From the NCBI GenBank assembly GCA_964016885.1, contig OZ024743.1, forward strand, positions 156,116,001 through 156,180,000: DNA of 64,000 nucleotides, in the 5' to 3' direction. This DNA comes from Eledone cirrhosa. Taxonomy: Eukaryota. A program made the translations under genes and the position numbers. Under the pieces are notes generated by a model, which worked only from the letters and a program-made list of their open reading frames with translations, searched no databases and was not told the origin of the DNA. Of the stretch, positions 14,400-28,523 are shown in pieces (position 1 is the first letter of the stretch; each line of letters opens with the position of its first letter).

Positions 14400-15892
14400 T
14401 TCAACTTCCTTTCTAATTGAAATTTGAAAACGTTGATAATGGATTGGCCGAGGAGAGAAATGAAGTATTCAGCCACGTCCAGCAGATAGCCCCTTTCACT
14501 ACAGCCACCAAGCAGAAAAAACTGCTCCCGGGCCAAAATAATCTGGCATGGCTATCTTCACCTTAGATTCGGTCGAAATCCACATCTGTCCAACATGGGA
14601 GAACCGTTCGACACATCTCCACAAATCAGTAATGCACAGATACTGTGTTTCGTCAATCTCTACTCATTTCGGACATGATTCAGGCCTTTAATGTTTTTCT
14701 CGAAACGGCAATGCATCCGGTAGCCCTTCCAAGTGTGTGATTTGTATAAGTTATTCATAGTCCCTAGCTCAATGTTATTCCGGAACAGTCAGGTCGATTT
14801 CGACCATGGTGCCAAGTGCCTTTCCGATACCGTCATCTCATTTGTCCATCACTAATCTTCAATATAATTCTAGGCTGGAATCTCCACTGCCTGAATTGCC
14901 CGCCTAATAGGGGATAGCAATCATCACGCAAGATTCCCTGTGCCAGGCGCGTAGTCTCGGGCATTTCGTGACCCATGAGTGGAACTCAGTCAAAGAGACG
15001 AGCAACGCAAAGTCTTGTATAACAAACGGCGACGACAATTGTTCACATGTTAAGAATGTACGAAGTTCTCGTAGCTTCAGTGCATGTTTGGGCATCATCA
15101 GCATCCCATGTAGAGGCTGCTATCAGCAGATAGACCGCATCACCGATGGAACGTGTCCATTCCCCAGGATGTTAAATAGCGGACGTTCCAATATTGTCAA
15201 ATGCAAACATGTACAAACCACGAGGGTCAGGTGGTAAAGGATAAGATGAATTCCGTTGCCACCAACCCCCAACCATTTACGGATAGATTTCTCTCACCCT
15301 ATTTCTTGATTAGAATGACCACAATGCTATATACATCGTAACTGTTCTTATCCAGCTGGAGCTCTGGTACGAACCAGAGCTCGACAAACTTCACTGGTCC
15401 GTCCGTTCAGCGTCCGACGACATTGTCGAATGGCATTGATTTGCCTCTTCAAGTACCGAGCTAGAAACTGGCGCACTTTTTCGGGTTTAGTTTTGCTCCC
15501 GTCAACCATTCATATTTGTCCAGGGAGGTGCCAATCATATCTATTTCTGATGTATCCGAAACCATCACAGTGATGCCTTTCGCATTTGCCGAAATAGCCC
15601 ATCAATATTTGAGTTCTAACGGCTTGCCCCGCAACAGCTCCAGCCTCCGCAGTAAAGGCTCATGTGTCAATACGTATAGACGTGAGGTGAGAGGACACAC
15701 ATTAGTGGCCGATCGGGAGATATGAAAGGGTTCCGAATGATGGCCATTGACTTTGACCACCAAGCACAGGCACTGTGCATTGCAACGGTCCAGCCTCTGA
15801 AGACGGGTGCGAATCCAGCTGCATTAAGGACAGCATCCATATATCAATGGTCGACTCTATCGAAAGCATTAGATTTATCTAAATTGATCCAT
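14400..15892 (-). mobile_element. Second, more degraded Tx1/L1-like RT fragment
   Basis: Minus strand INLDKSNAFDRVDH at ~15845-15890 and a degenerate SA(Y)A(DD)ITV near 15580. Confidence 0.65.
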
Positions 15893-15894
15893 TC

Positions 15895-16250
15895 TCTGAG
15901 GTTTTCTCAAATGATGTCGAGATAGAGTCTGGACTTCCAAAATTTGCAACGATGGTTATCAGAAGAGGTAATTGTATAAAAACAGACTGTTAAGTATGCC
16001 AAGTGGTGAACTGATGAAGGTAATTGAACCCTGAATCCTGTTAAATAACTGGAACTACTCGAAGCATTGGAATCAAGTATGAAATAAAAAGTAAAAGAAA
16101 GAGTATCTGCACCGATTGAGAAATATGTTTGATTCAAAGCTGAATTGCAGTAAATATAATTTCGATACAGAACTCGCGATCGGTTGCAATGGTTTAGTAT
16201 GGATGAGTTAAAGGAGTTGGTCAAGAATAAACAAATGTCTAACCATGCAT
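15895..16250 (+). mobile_element. Degraded R4/Dong-like RT fragment
   Basis: FSNDVEIESGLPKFATMVIRRG...KEYLHRLRNMFDSKLN...ELKEL...LTMH, homologous to the 24.3-kb element. Confidence 0.6.
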
Positions 16251-18597
16251 GCAGACATTTATCATTTTACACTTATCATTCTTAGAAATGAACATGTATC
16301 ACTGTTATGCCGAGTATATAAGGAACCTGATTAAACTTTTGCCCACATTCTAATAGAATTGTCTAGACTGGCCCCAAAGCAATATAAGTTGTCCAGACAT
16401 GATGCGGTGGCAAACGTTCGGCATTGCAAAATGTGTACTAATATTAATACTACATCTTTGTTTTCGTCTTCTACTACTACCACCATCACTACTACTAATA
16501 CTGTTAATACATGAATGAATAATTATAATAATGAAAATACAACACAAAAGTAACGTAGCTAGATCTATTGAAACAAAATGGACAGTATCAATGCAACGAG
16601 GAGGGAGGACAAAAATATCATTGGAAATAATATTAATAACGGAAGCATCAATAAAGAACAAGAAGAAACTGGCCAAAATTAATTACAATACTACACCAAA
16701 AAATAGCAAACCATGGGAAATAGAGACGGAATTGGAAATGAAAACAAAACACCAGCACTAAATAAGAATAATGACAACAGCAACATTAAAACATCATAAA
16801 CAACAACACCAGCACTATCCATAACAACAATTGCACACACCACAGCAGCGACCGCAATAATAGTTTCAATAAAACAAAAAATAACAGCGTGAACGAGAAG
16901 AATATTATTTTATCGATAAATTCTAAATTCTCAAAAGGTAGAGAAATGTTCAGTAATTTCATCTAATAGTTGTTTATTGGTGATATCCATTTAGAATAGG
17001 CAGACTTTTTGACGGTGTGTTGACAACAATTCATACGCAAACACACATACACATACGTTTATGTGTACATAGATGAATGTGCGCATTGACATCCTGAGCT
17101 CTATATTCAATTGTGAACAAAATCTTTACTGAAATGGTTAATTGAAACCGGAGACAGCTAAATATGATCACATGCGCAGATGTACTAATGTAACCATATT
17201 CAATGACATAGTTATAACAAGGGGATAGTAATTTCGTGTGGACCAATGAGAGATGTAAGCATTCATAAACACATCACTCAATATTTATGTTTGCATTTTG
17301 TCTCAGATCTTGAGTATGGATGCATGCAAAATTACAACTGGAAGCAAAATATATATATGGAAAATACATCATTCATATGTGGTAGCTCAATATAACTTCA
17401 GGAATAAAGCTTTGCAATGCCCCTTCCTCTTCTCAATGAAATGGGTTTGAATTAGATTGAGAACAGTGTTGTCTCTCATCATTTTGGTGTCAATATATTA
17501 CCACAGTATGTACGGAAGTCAATGCCAACCTCTACCCCTTCTCTTTCTTTCCTCCAACAAATTGGGTATAATTAAGAAGCTTATTTTAAATACAAAAACA
17601 GGAAGACACCGATAGTATACCTAATTGTTCACTAATGAACACTCCATGACATGTGTTTTTCCAGACATAACGAGGGCCGTTTTTCGATCTGGTTTTCCAA
17701 GGAGGAAAATTTACATACATGCTAATTTACATAACATGTGAAAGTACTGCCATATTGAATTGCGCATAATTTATTTCGCTACTGAGGAAGCAAATCTATG
17801 CACTTAAAATAAGGAGCTATTTTTATCCAGCCTCCTTACATATGTATTCTTGAATATAGCAATATAATTGTTTAAAAGTGTCAAGAAATCGTAAAATGCA
17901 AATCACAAATGCGTCTTCCTATTTAAACATGGATTTCGTCAGTATGATGCTAAATTTTGGACTGTATTGCTTTAGCCGACGTTATACATGCGCAATCTTA
18001 CCCTTTGATCCCCTACTCCGACCAGTACTAAATTTGAGTACTCGATTCTCTATTATTATGATTTTTAAGATAATTAAATTACTTTTAAGTTGGACAAAAT
18101 CTCAAAAATATGAGAAACCATAAAATGTTTCAAAAGACTATATTATATTAACTCCTCATTTTCTGCTAACAAATGGATATTCAGTGACCACGTCCCGCGT
18201 TTAACGGTTGCACATTGCGTGGTTTCAATAAGTCTCTCTCTGACGTCTCCCGAAATGATAGAACAATTAGAAGACGGCAGTGTGATAGAGATATTATTTA
18301 ATTCACAAGTCACCAATAAGGCAGAGGATGCTACGCCTGTTACCAAAACGTGTTTTCAGTACTTAAAATCACATCTCTCCGCTACACATCTATTATAAAC
18401 TCAGTAATGTATAAAATATAAACTCTCCTATGCTACCAATCTTTCTAAATTGAATTACATTACAGATAGTTCGACTATTGTTAAGTAACTTTGGGTTGAC
18501 TTTGTTTCAAAAAGACAAATACACACACACATAGATAGGCACACCCACACACACACACGCTCGCGCGCACACGCACACGCACACACACACGCAGACA

Positions 18598-18649
<52 letters not shown>

Positions 18650-18742
18650 AGGAGACGAAGAAAGTCAAATAGAACGGACATGGCTTCTGGCGTTTCTCCA
18701 CTCACTAAATGGACAACTAAGTTAGTATTGTTAAAATTCACA

Positions 18743-18872
18743 CCTTTACGGTCTGAATTCAAAACCCGTCGAGATTAACTTTGCCTTTCATCCTTACGGG
18801 TTCGATAAAATAAAATACTAATAATGTACTGGGTAATTCCTGGCCTTGTACCAAAAGAAGAAACAATTATTA
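18743..18872 (+). mobile_element. SINE fragment (same family as 996-1170)
   Basis: CTTTACGGTCTGAATTCAAAACCCG...CTTTGCCTTTCATCCTTACGGGTTCGATAAAAT...AAACAATTATT. Confidence 0.7.
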
Positions 18873-19350
18873 AAATTCAAACCCAGCTGGCCCAATTTCT
18901 TTAAGCATTACGGAAAACGACTTTGTGTGGATAAAATGACTGTTATAAAAGTTAGTAGGGTGCAGAACTGGTGGTCGTTTCCCGAAAGGTGCAACCATGT
19001 GTGGATATTAGGTGCTGATAGTCGACATTACGTAATTAGATGTACGGATGTTTCGTTAACTGGAGACGAAGTAATTCGAATAGAATGGTCATAGCTTCGG
19101 CCGTTTCCTCACTCACTCAAGAGACGACTAAGTTGGTAGTATTAAAATTCGAACACAGCTGACCAGATATATTAACAATAATAATAACGACAAGGTGTCA
19201 AATTCTCATTAAATATATTAAGTGTGACGCACGTTACGCGCTTGATCAGCTCAAGTTTCAATCTCCATCGATGAGTACCGATTCTGAAAGAAAATGATCA
19301 GCAGACCTAGAACAACTTAATGATGGAATGATTCTTGTACTGCATTAATA

Positions 19351-19433
<83 letters not shown>

Positions 19434-19452
19434 ATATATATATGTATATATA

Positions 19453-19536
<84 letters not shown>

Positions 19537-19549
19537 AATTAATAAAATA

Positions 19550-20416
19550 ATGAATAAACAAAGAAACAGTTCCTTATATTTAAAAAAATCATCATTTTAC
19601 GATCGTTTCTAGGATATATATGTGTTAGAGTTGGTATGCATATTCTATAGATCTATGTACAATATTTATAAAAACTACCAGACGGAATATACATACCTAC
19701 ACATATATATGCTGTCTTCAGAAATAATGATATTTGTTTATTGAAAAAAAACAAAGATTCAATACAATAGGTCTGTTTGGGAACAGGTTTTGAATTGACC
19801 AATAGAGAGATAGTGAGGGTCAAGATAGTAATATAGTAGTAGAAGAACCTTAAATTATGGGTAGAGGAAGGTAGATTTCAGTTTTGGATGGAAAAGAATA
19901 TTATGAATGAAGGATTATTTTAGGGAAGAAATAGGTCTTATGCTGACCTCAGAAATAATTTTATTTGTTCATTGAATAAAACCAACAAAGATCTAATATA
20001 TTCTGTCTGTTTGGTAAGAGGTTTAGAATTAACCAATAGAAAGTTAGTAATTGGCCAAATGGTAAAATAGTAGTAATTGAAGCTTATTTTATGGGTGAAA
20101 ATAGGTCGGGTGATCAGTAAAAGGTATACAAGCAGTTGCTGTTATAAAATAGTAATGTCAATACAAATATCTAAGGAGACTAAAGTTTTACGATAAGAAT
20201 TTTAGTGAAAAAAATACATCTATGAAAAGAATATAAATTAATTTAATTGATGGGTATATTTATATTGATAAAATTATACTAATACATATAGATATGTTAA
20301 ATAAGATTTAGATGCAGTTGAAAAGTGCTGTTAAAGATGAGGGGTCATTAAAAGAATATAAAAATAATATATATATATATACATATATATACACATACAC
20401 ACACACACATACACAC

Positions 20417-20473
<57 letters not shown>

Positions 20474-22351
20474 CATGCATATATACATACATACATATAT
20501 ACATACACACACATACACACTTACATATACATATAATTATGGGGGGGCGGAATTAAATTTTTTAGTGAGAAATAATAAATATATATAGTTTTCAAGGAAC
20601 ATAGAGTCATATCCTGAAGTTAAAGTATTATATATGTTTACTTAATGGTATCAGTTTTAGGAAATGATAGTTGTAAGAAGGAAAGGAAAATTATGTAGTT
20701 CATCAGTAGTAGAATATTAATTATAGGTTAACTGAATTAAAAATAGTTTATATATTAATTTCTAAAGTGTATATTAATTAGGTTTATGATATTTAAAGCA
20801 GAATTATGTAATTCATCAGTAGTAGAATATTAATTATAGGTTAACTAAATTAAAAAAGTACATATATTAATTTCTAAAGTGTATATTAATTAGGTTTATA
20901 ATATTTAAAGGTTTTTCTCAGTTTATGATTACACGACTTTATTAATTCATGTCGCTTATTTAATAGGATATCCTTAGATTTCATTATTTCAAAAAGTTCT
21001 TGGGAACATAATCTACATTCATAACTCTTCTAATATACAGTATAGTAAAACTCAAAAAACTACTCATCCTACAACGCTAATAAATGTTAATAATAAAACT
21101 CCTAGTAAACAAGCTAAAACACCTAAATCAATAAATCTAACTAAAAATGTGTGTGGTGAGGTCATTAACAATAATTCTCTTAATAAACATCAGGATGCAT
21201 CCTATAAAAACAATAAACAGCATCGAAACCGTAATAGACGAGTTACTTGGAATAATGCTCCATTTAGTTTACAAATTAAGGATAATATACCTAAAAAATT
21301 CTTTAATATCCTAGAGAAAAACTTCCCGCCAAACCACAAATACCATCAAATTTTAAATAGATCAACGGTTAAATTCTCCTACTCAACAACCAAAAACATA
21401 TAACAAGATATGAGTGCCTATAATGCATATAAATGTAAAAAAAAACATGAGTATACCACCAGTACATCAAACCAATCATAATATCTCCTCAGATACAGGA
21501 TTCACGAAAAGTTGTAACTGTAGAAACAAGGCAAACTGTCCATTAAAAGGAAATTGCCTTGTTAATAACATAGTATATAAATGTAAAGTTAACACTAAGG
21601 ACTCAATTTATTCATATATAGGAGCTACCTCTAACAAATTTAAGGTAAGATTTAATACCCACAAACATAGTTTTAAAAATGCCGCACTAGCTAATACAAC
21701 ATCTCTAGCTGAAATAATTAATAGTTATAGAAAGAGGAATATAGATTATGACCTGACCTGGAGTGTGCTCAAAAGGGCCATCCCTTATCAAAATAATAGA
21801 TATGAATGTAGATTATGTTCCCAAGAACTTTTTGAAATAATGAAATCTAAGGATATCCTATTATATAAGCGACAGGAATTAATAATATCGTGTAGTCATA
21901 AACTGAGAAAAACCTTTAAATATTATAAACCTAATTAATATACACTTTAGAAATTAATATATAAACTTTTTTAATTTAGTTAACCTATAATTAATATTCT
22001 ACTACTGATGAATTACATAATTCTGCTTTAAATATTATAAACCTAATTAATATACACTTTAGAAATTAATATATAAACTATTTTTAAATGAGTTAACCTA
22101 TAATTAATATTCTACTACTGATGAACTACATAATTTTGCTTTCCTTCTTACAACTATCATTTCCTAAAACTGATACCATTAAGTAAACATATATAATGCT
22201 TTAACTTCAGGTTATGACTCTATGTTCCTTGAAAACTATATATATTTATTATTTCTCACTAAAAAAAATGTAATTACCCCCCCCATAATTATATGTATAT
22301 GTAAGTGTGTATGTGTGTGTATGTATATATGTATGTATGTATGTATGCATG

Positions 22352-22384
<33 letters not shown>

Positions 22385-22939
22385 GTGTGTATATATATAT
22401 ATATATGTGTGTGTATGTGTATATATATGTATATATATATATTATTTTTATATTTTTTTAATTTCCCCTCATCTTTAACAGCACTTTTCAACTGCATCTA
22501 ACTCTTATTTATCATATCTATATGTATTAGTATAATTTTATCAATATAAATATACCCATCAATTAAATTAATTTATATTCTTTTCATAGATGTATTTTTT
22601 TCACTAAAATTCTTATCGTAAAACTTTAGTCACCTTAGATATTTGTATTGGCATTACTATTTTATAACAGCAACTGCTTGTATACCTTTTACTGAGCACC
22701 TGACCTATTTTCACCCCTAAAATAAGCTTCAATTACTACTATTTTACCATTTGGCCAATTACTAACTTTCTATTGGTTAATTCTAAACCTCTTACCAAAC
22801 AGACAAAATATATTAGATCTTTGTTGGTTTTATTCAATGAACAAATAAAATTATTTCTGAGGTCAGCATAAGACCTATTTCTTCCCTAAAATAATCCTTC
22901 ATTCATAATATTCTTTTCCATCCAAAACTGAAATCTACC
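19550..22939 (+). mobile_element. 5'-truncated Penelope-like element with a long inverted arm (19870-21023 is the reverse complement of 21801-22939); GIY-YIG ORF pieces 21149-21403 and 21414-21938
   Basis: W.NAPFS...KFSYSTTKNI; SCNCRNKANCPLKGNCL..NIVYKC.V...YIGAT..FKVRFNTHKHSF...CRLC..E (CxCx5C-linker type; Naiad-like assignment is tentative). Right arm ends at an R4/Dong-like insertion. Confidence 0.85.
19588..19731 (-). ncRNA. Type-I hammerhead ribozyme with ~100-nt extended stem II
   Basis: Minus strand: atcattattt-CTGAAGA-[..atatatatgtgt...acacatatatat..]-GAAA-CGATCG-TA-aaatgatgat; 10-bp stem I, palindromic stem III. Confidence 0.7.
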
Positions 22940-22995
22940 AATGACTGAGAATCAATGAATAATAATAATTATTATTATTATTATTATTATTATTG

Positions 22996-23648
22996 TTGTT
23001 ATTCCTTGAATCTCAGTCATTGATGTTGGTTAACTGGAAAGTCCGTTGGAATGAATATCAAGCCACTACCTGCAGCCTCAGATATACAGGACGTATCGGA
23101 GGGTTCTTGCTGTTCCAAGCAAGCATGCCTTTTTAAGCGTTCCAAAAAGCGTGAAGGGGCCGATTTTCTTTCACCATCCCTGGAATATTTTGGAGATAGT
23201 CCCCAGTGCGCCTATGACAATCGGGATCACTTTGACTTCATGGCAATTCCAAATCCTTTTCACCTCCCACTTTAGGTCCTGGTATCGGTTAATTTTCTCC
23301 CTCTCCTTCTCTTGCACTCTCGTGTCGAAAGGGCAGGCCACATCCACAATCAGACACGATCTTTTTTCTTTGTCCACAACCACCAGGTCAGGTCTATTGT
23401 GTTCCAGTTTTTTGTCCGTCTGTATCCTAAAATCCCACAGCGCCTTCACCTGATTGTTCTCCATCACCGCCTCTGGCCTATGCTCATACCATTTCTCAGA
23501 ATGTGGTAAATTGTTTACTTTGCACAGGTGCCAGTGGATCACCCTGCCCATCTCATCGTCTCTCCAGCCCTTATAGTGGGTCTGGGCTAGGTGTTTACAC
23601 TCGGACACAATGTGAGCCACAGTCTCCTCTCTCTCTCCACAGATCCTG
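22996..23648 (-). mobile_element. R4/Dong-like non-LTR retrotransposon 3' end (Zn-knuckle + restriction-like endonuclease)
   Basis: ORF 23171-23620: ETVAHIVSEC...LWDFRIQTD...RPDLVVVDK...IVDVACPFD...EK..RYQDL...VIPIVIGALG; flanked by (TAA)n. Confidence 0.85.
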
Positions 23649-23723
<75 letters not shown>

Positions 23724-24230
23724 GAGAAGTGGTATGAGCATAAGCCAGAGTCGATGATAGAAAACGATCAGGTGAATGTGCTGTGGGATTCTAGGATACA
23801 GACGAACAAGAAACTGGAACACAATAGACCTGACCTGGTGGTTGTGGACAAATAAAAAAGATCGTTCCTGATTGTGGATGTGGCCTGCCCATTCGACACG
23901 AGATTGCACGAGAAGGAGAGGGAGAAAATTAACCAATACCAGGACTTAAAGTGGGAGGTAAAAAGGATTTGGAACTGCCATGAACTTGTCATATGCGCAC
24001 TAGGTACTATCTCAAAAGGTTTCCAGGGATGGTTAAAGAAAATTGGCCCCTTCACGCTTTTTGGAACGCTTCAAAAGGCATGCTTGCTGGGAACAGCAAG
24101 AACCCTCCGATACGTCCTGAATATCTGAGGCTGCAGGTAGTGGCTTGATATTTATTTCAAAAAACTTTCCAGTTAACTAACATCAATGACTGAGACTCAA
24201 AGAATAATAATAATGATAATAATAATAATA
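23724..24230 (+). mobile_element. Second R4/Dong-like 3' end, inverted relative to 22996-23648
   Basis: ORF 23874-24128 DVACPFD..EKEREKINQYQDLKWE...GTLQKACLLGTARTLR; (TAA)n tail. Confidence 0.85.
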
Positions 24231-24231
24231 A

Positions 24232-25790
24232 GTTCAGACATTAATATTGATCGGGGGAATGTGATAAGAGAACTTTATCAAGAGGAAACTTACAAATATC
24301 TATGTGTTTGTGAAGGAGACGATATCAAGCACTCGACAATACGGGAAAGGATAAGGAATGAATGTTACAGCAGAGTAAGAGCAATCTTAAGAACGAATTG
24401 AATGCAAGGAATAGGATCGATACCATAAACACGCTTGCCATACCAGTAGTAACCTACAGTTACAATGTCATCAACTGGTCAAGCACGGAGATCCATAGGC
24501 TCGATACAAAAATTCGAAAATTCTTAACCATGCACAGAATGCATCACCCTAAGGCAGATACAGATAGAATATATCTCCCTAAGAGAGAAGGAGGACGTGG
24601 GTTAATCCAGTTAGACATTGCGTTGAAAACTGCAACAATTGTATTATCTACATATCTAAGGGAATCACATGATTGGATGATCAAACTCGTTTTGAAACAC
24701 GAAAGCATCAAAAGATCATACTCCATTACAAAAGATGCACAAAGATACAGTAATAGATTACACATTTCAGAAGTCCCATTTACTGCTGAAATGGAAAACA
24801 CAGAAAAAGCAAAGCAGATAAAAGTAACTGCAAAGAAAGAACTGCTACAGAAACTGGCTAAGAAATGGCAAAAAAAGACTCTGTATGGAAAATACCCAGA
24901 ACGAGCTAACAATCCTGATATTGACAAAACCCATCAGTGGTTGGCATCCTCTGGACTGAAATCGGAGTCTGAAGGACTGATTATATCAGCACAAGATCAG
25001 TGTCTGCCAACAAAAAATTACCAAGCCAACATAATAAAAAATGGATGCAGCCCATTATGCCGTGTATGTAAAAAACAACAAGAGACAATTGACCATATAA
25101 TTTCAATGTGCAGTCCTATAGCTCCAACCGAATACCTAAACAGGCATGACAGAGCTGCACGATACATACTTTGGATAATGTGTAAGCATTTTGACCTGCC
25201 CCATCAAGAGAGTTGGTGGGAGCATCAACCACCGCCCATACTTGAAAAAGATCACATCTCAATCTTGTGGAACTTTAGCATCCAAACAGACCGACAAATA
25301 GATGCAAATAGACCTGATATAATACTGAAGGACTTTGAAAAGAGGGTATGCCTGCTAATTGATATATCCGTTCCAATAGACAAGAATGTATCTATAAAAA
25401 CATTTGAAAAATTGAACAAGTATAAGGACCTGGAGATAGAAATTGGAAAAATGTGGAAATTGAGAACTAAAACAATACCAGTGGTTGTAGGTGCTCTAGG
25501 AATGATACCTAAGGGATCTAATGATTTACTTATCGCAAATACCATGAAACCCGCGTATAGGAGAAATACAAAAGATAGTACTAATGGGAACTGCCCATAT
25601 ACTAAGGAAGATTCTGTCAATATAAGTACATCACAAGTGAAAACACCTAAAGATGCATGTGTGAGTATGTATGTTCTTTCTTGAACATGGCCGACCTTGT
25701 TGTCTGTTGAGGTCACTGCTTGTGACTTGCTGATAACTCGTATGAACATAAAGCAAAATAATATCAGCTGTAATAATAATAATAATATCG
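24232..25790 (+). mobile_element. Larger R4/Dong-like fragment (end of RT, CCHC knuckle, RLE)
   Basis: ORF 24362-25684: HHPKAD.DR.YLP..EGGRGL, AQDQ.L.T.NY, CRVC....ETIDHI...C, RHD, RPD, DISVP.D, K..KYKDL. Confidence 0.9.
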
Positions 25791-26005
25791 ATGATTTTTG
25801 CTAAAGGCACAGGCCAAAACATTGAGGGAAGGGGAAAGTCGAATAAATTGACATCAGTGCATTACTGGTACTTTATTTTATCAACCCCATAAAGATGAAA
25901 GACAATGCAAAACACGGTGGGATTTGAACTCAGAACCTAAAGGGCCATGCTGCAAGGCATATTGTCCGACGTTCCACCGATACTGCCAATCCACTGCCCC
26001 ATCTT
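25790..26005 (-). mobile_element. SINE, minus strand
   Basis: Reverse complement reads GGGCAGTGGATTGGCAGTATCGG...CTGAGTTCAAATCCCACCG...GATAAAATAAAGTACCAGT. Confidence 0.75.
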
Positions 26006-28047
26006 TAAGATAATAATAACAATCCCTATTATTAGCTTCAACATTATTAGCGTGTGTGTGTGTGTTTGTGTGTGTGTGCGTGCGCGCGTGTGCATGTGTG
26101 TGTGTGCATGTCTCTGATGTTTCTGTGTGCGCGCAGACTCACGCAGGCATACAGTTTCATCCAAATATCCAACGAACAATCATATAGTTAAGCATGAACT
26201 TAATTTTAGCTGGGTATACGCACGTATGTCTGGATTTAATTTCACAATTATTCAACACACACATAGGCACATGCTCTAATAGATTAAGAATACTCCCACA
26301 AACTCATGCACTCATGTGATCTCCTATGAGTTGCCAACATGGCAAATACTTGATAATGAATTTAGAAATTGAAGTTTGAAAGTATATCTGTCAATTCACT
26401 GATAAAAATGGACCAACTACAGTTTATTTACTTGCTTGTAAGTCTCCTGGTGAAATGAAAACGGTGATTGAGACTTATTCATACATGATAGTGAGGTGAT
26501 CTGGTGAATGATGCCTTTCTGGATTGTAGAAATAGTTATCCAAATGTTACTATCGGAACACCTATGTTAAAAAATATGTGAATAAGTATGCATCTGCGGT
26601 GTTTTTGTGGCATCAAGTCTAGGAGCTACAAATGGCAGAGAGGATTGAAGAAAGGCTAGAGGGCGGAAAATGTATGTATGATGGGCATAAGCTGTAGAGT
26701 GTCACCGAAAGATAAACCTGTTAACCGAGTTTAAGAACTGGTTAAATATTTAATAAAAGGTATTATATATTATTCTAGAGCACACAAAACATATAAAGAA
26801 TATATATTTAGAATTATACAAGAACATTTATTCAAACTGAATGAAGTTTACGATTTTCACTGGATTTAAATCGAAATTCGTGTTTTCCATAATGTTTCTA
26901 TAAAATGGTTTTATAAATCGAAATTGATATTTTATTATGTTTATCAGTCTTAATTTGTGTTGCATCAATGGCCAGGTTTAGCGACAATTTAAAAGCAGAG
27001 TGAGCTGTTCGTCCTCCTGGGAGTAGGGTTGCAGCAATGCAAGATGAGGTTACAGCAAGTGAAATTCTTTTTTGCTGTCTTACCTTTGAGGGAAGCAATG
27101 CTGTTACAAATTATTTAGCTCTGCCACGTGGGGGTATCAAGACAGGAAACTCCTCTGACTAAGAAAATAAAATAAAATTCATAAAACGGTCCTGTTTAAA
27201 AAATGCGGAGACAATTTCTACACTGTATATGCCTATACATGTTTCTTTATGTATATAAACAGACTCCATACACCTTGTAGAAATAATGAATTCAATGCGT
27301 CTGCACTAACTACTCTGAAATGGAAGTAGACTAGCGGACAGACTCGAAATATCACTTGTTATGAGATGTATATACTGATATCCATTAGTTTGTGGTAAGG
27401 CCAATAACAATTTTTAGAACTCCATGTAGTAGAGAAGTAATAATTACGAGATCACATGATGATTGATCTTGAATATGTAGTAGGTATTCATCATATGTGA
27501 ACTCGTTGAACATTCCGACGAGCTACAAACACATATGTGTATATTGAACAATGAAAACAAAACGTGAAGTTTAACGCTTCATTAGTTAGGATCGTTTTAG
27601 AAGGTTGATTGATCATGATTAATCGATATAGTGACTATTCGAAAGTAATTATGTAACTCCATGTTATTAATAACGGTACTAGAGATCTATCTCACTGTCT
27701 TAGTCAGAGGCAAAGAATTGGTATTGTTATTTGGACGATATATAGAGTGAGGGACAAAAAGTAAACAAAAGGATTCAAAATCAAAGATTTAAAAAATACC
27801 AGCACAAATATAAATGAACAATAACGTAAAAAATGAAATAAAAAGAAATTAGTAATTGTACTTTTAATGCTGCATCATATAGATAATGAAAGTTAGAAAT
27901 AGAAAAGAAAAGTATTAATAGAAAACAAAATTATTAATGGAAAATAATAAAATAGTTTAAGCGTACGGCGTTGTAAGACTCAACAAGAGGTTTACGTGGA
28001 TGACGAGTTTATGATTTTACTTCCTGTGTAAGTACATCCTGGAGTAA

Positions 28048-28471
28048 TAAAATTGAAAAATTGAAGAATAACATGGTCGACAGTACTAAAATGGAAATTT
28101 ATTTACAGTCTACCAATTGTTTCTATGATAGACTTGTCTAAAAATTGCTAAACACAGAGGGTAGTGTCACTCAATTTAAAATATATATTATCTTCCCGTA
28201 ATTTCGTCAGAGACCAAGAGAAAATAATATAAAAATTAATATTTATATTAACATTGATGTGATAATTTGAATTTGTAATTTTACCGTTACGCATATTTAT
28301 TTTATTTACTCTTGGTCTCCGATGAAATGAAGTAGATAATATGTATTTTAAATTGAGTGACACTACCTTCTGTGTTTAGAAACATTTAGACAACTCTATG
28401 ATAGAAACAATTGTTAGACTGTAAATGAATTTCCTTTTGGTACTGTCGACCATGTTATTTTTCTATTTTTC

Positions 28472-28480
<9 letters not shown>
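28048..28480. repeat. Imperfect fold-back (arms ~28048-28245 and ~28290-28480), each arm carrying a degenerate long-stem-II HHR
   Basis: Plus 28314-28420: ggtct-CCGATGA...GAAA-CAATTG-TT-agact. Minus 28107-28215: ggtct-CTGACGA...GAAA-CAATTG-GT-agact. Confidence 0.65.

Positions 28481-28523
<43 letters not shown>

Noticed and set aside
21995-22140. CTGATGA boxes in the ~113-bp tandem duplication
   Set aside because: No correctly placed GAAA/UH or stems
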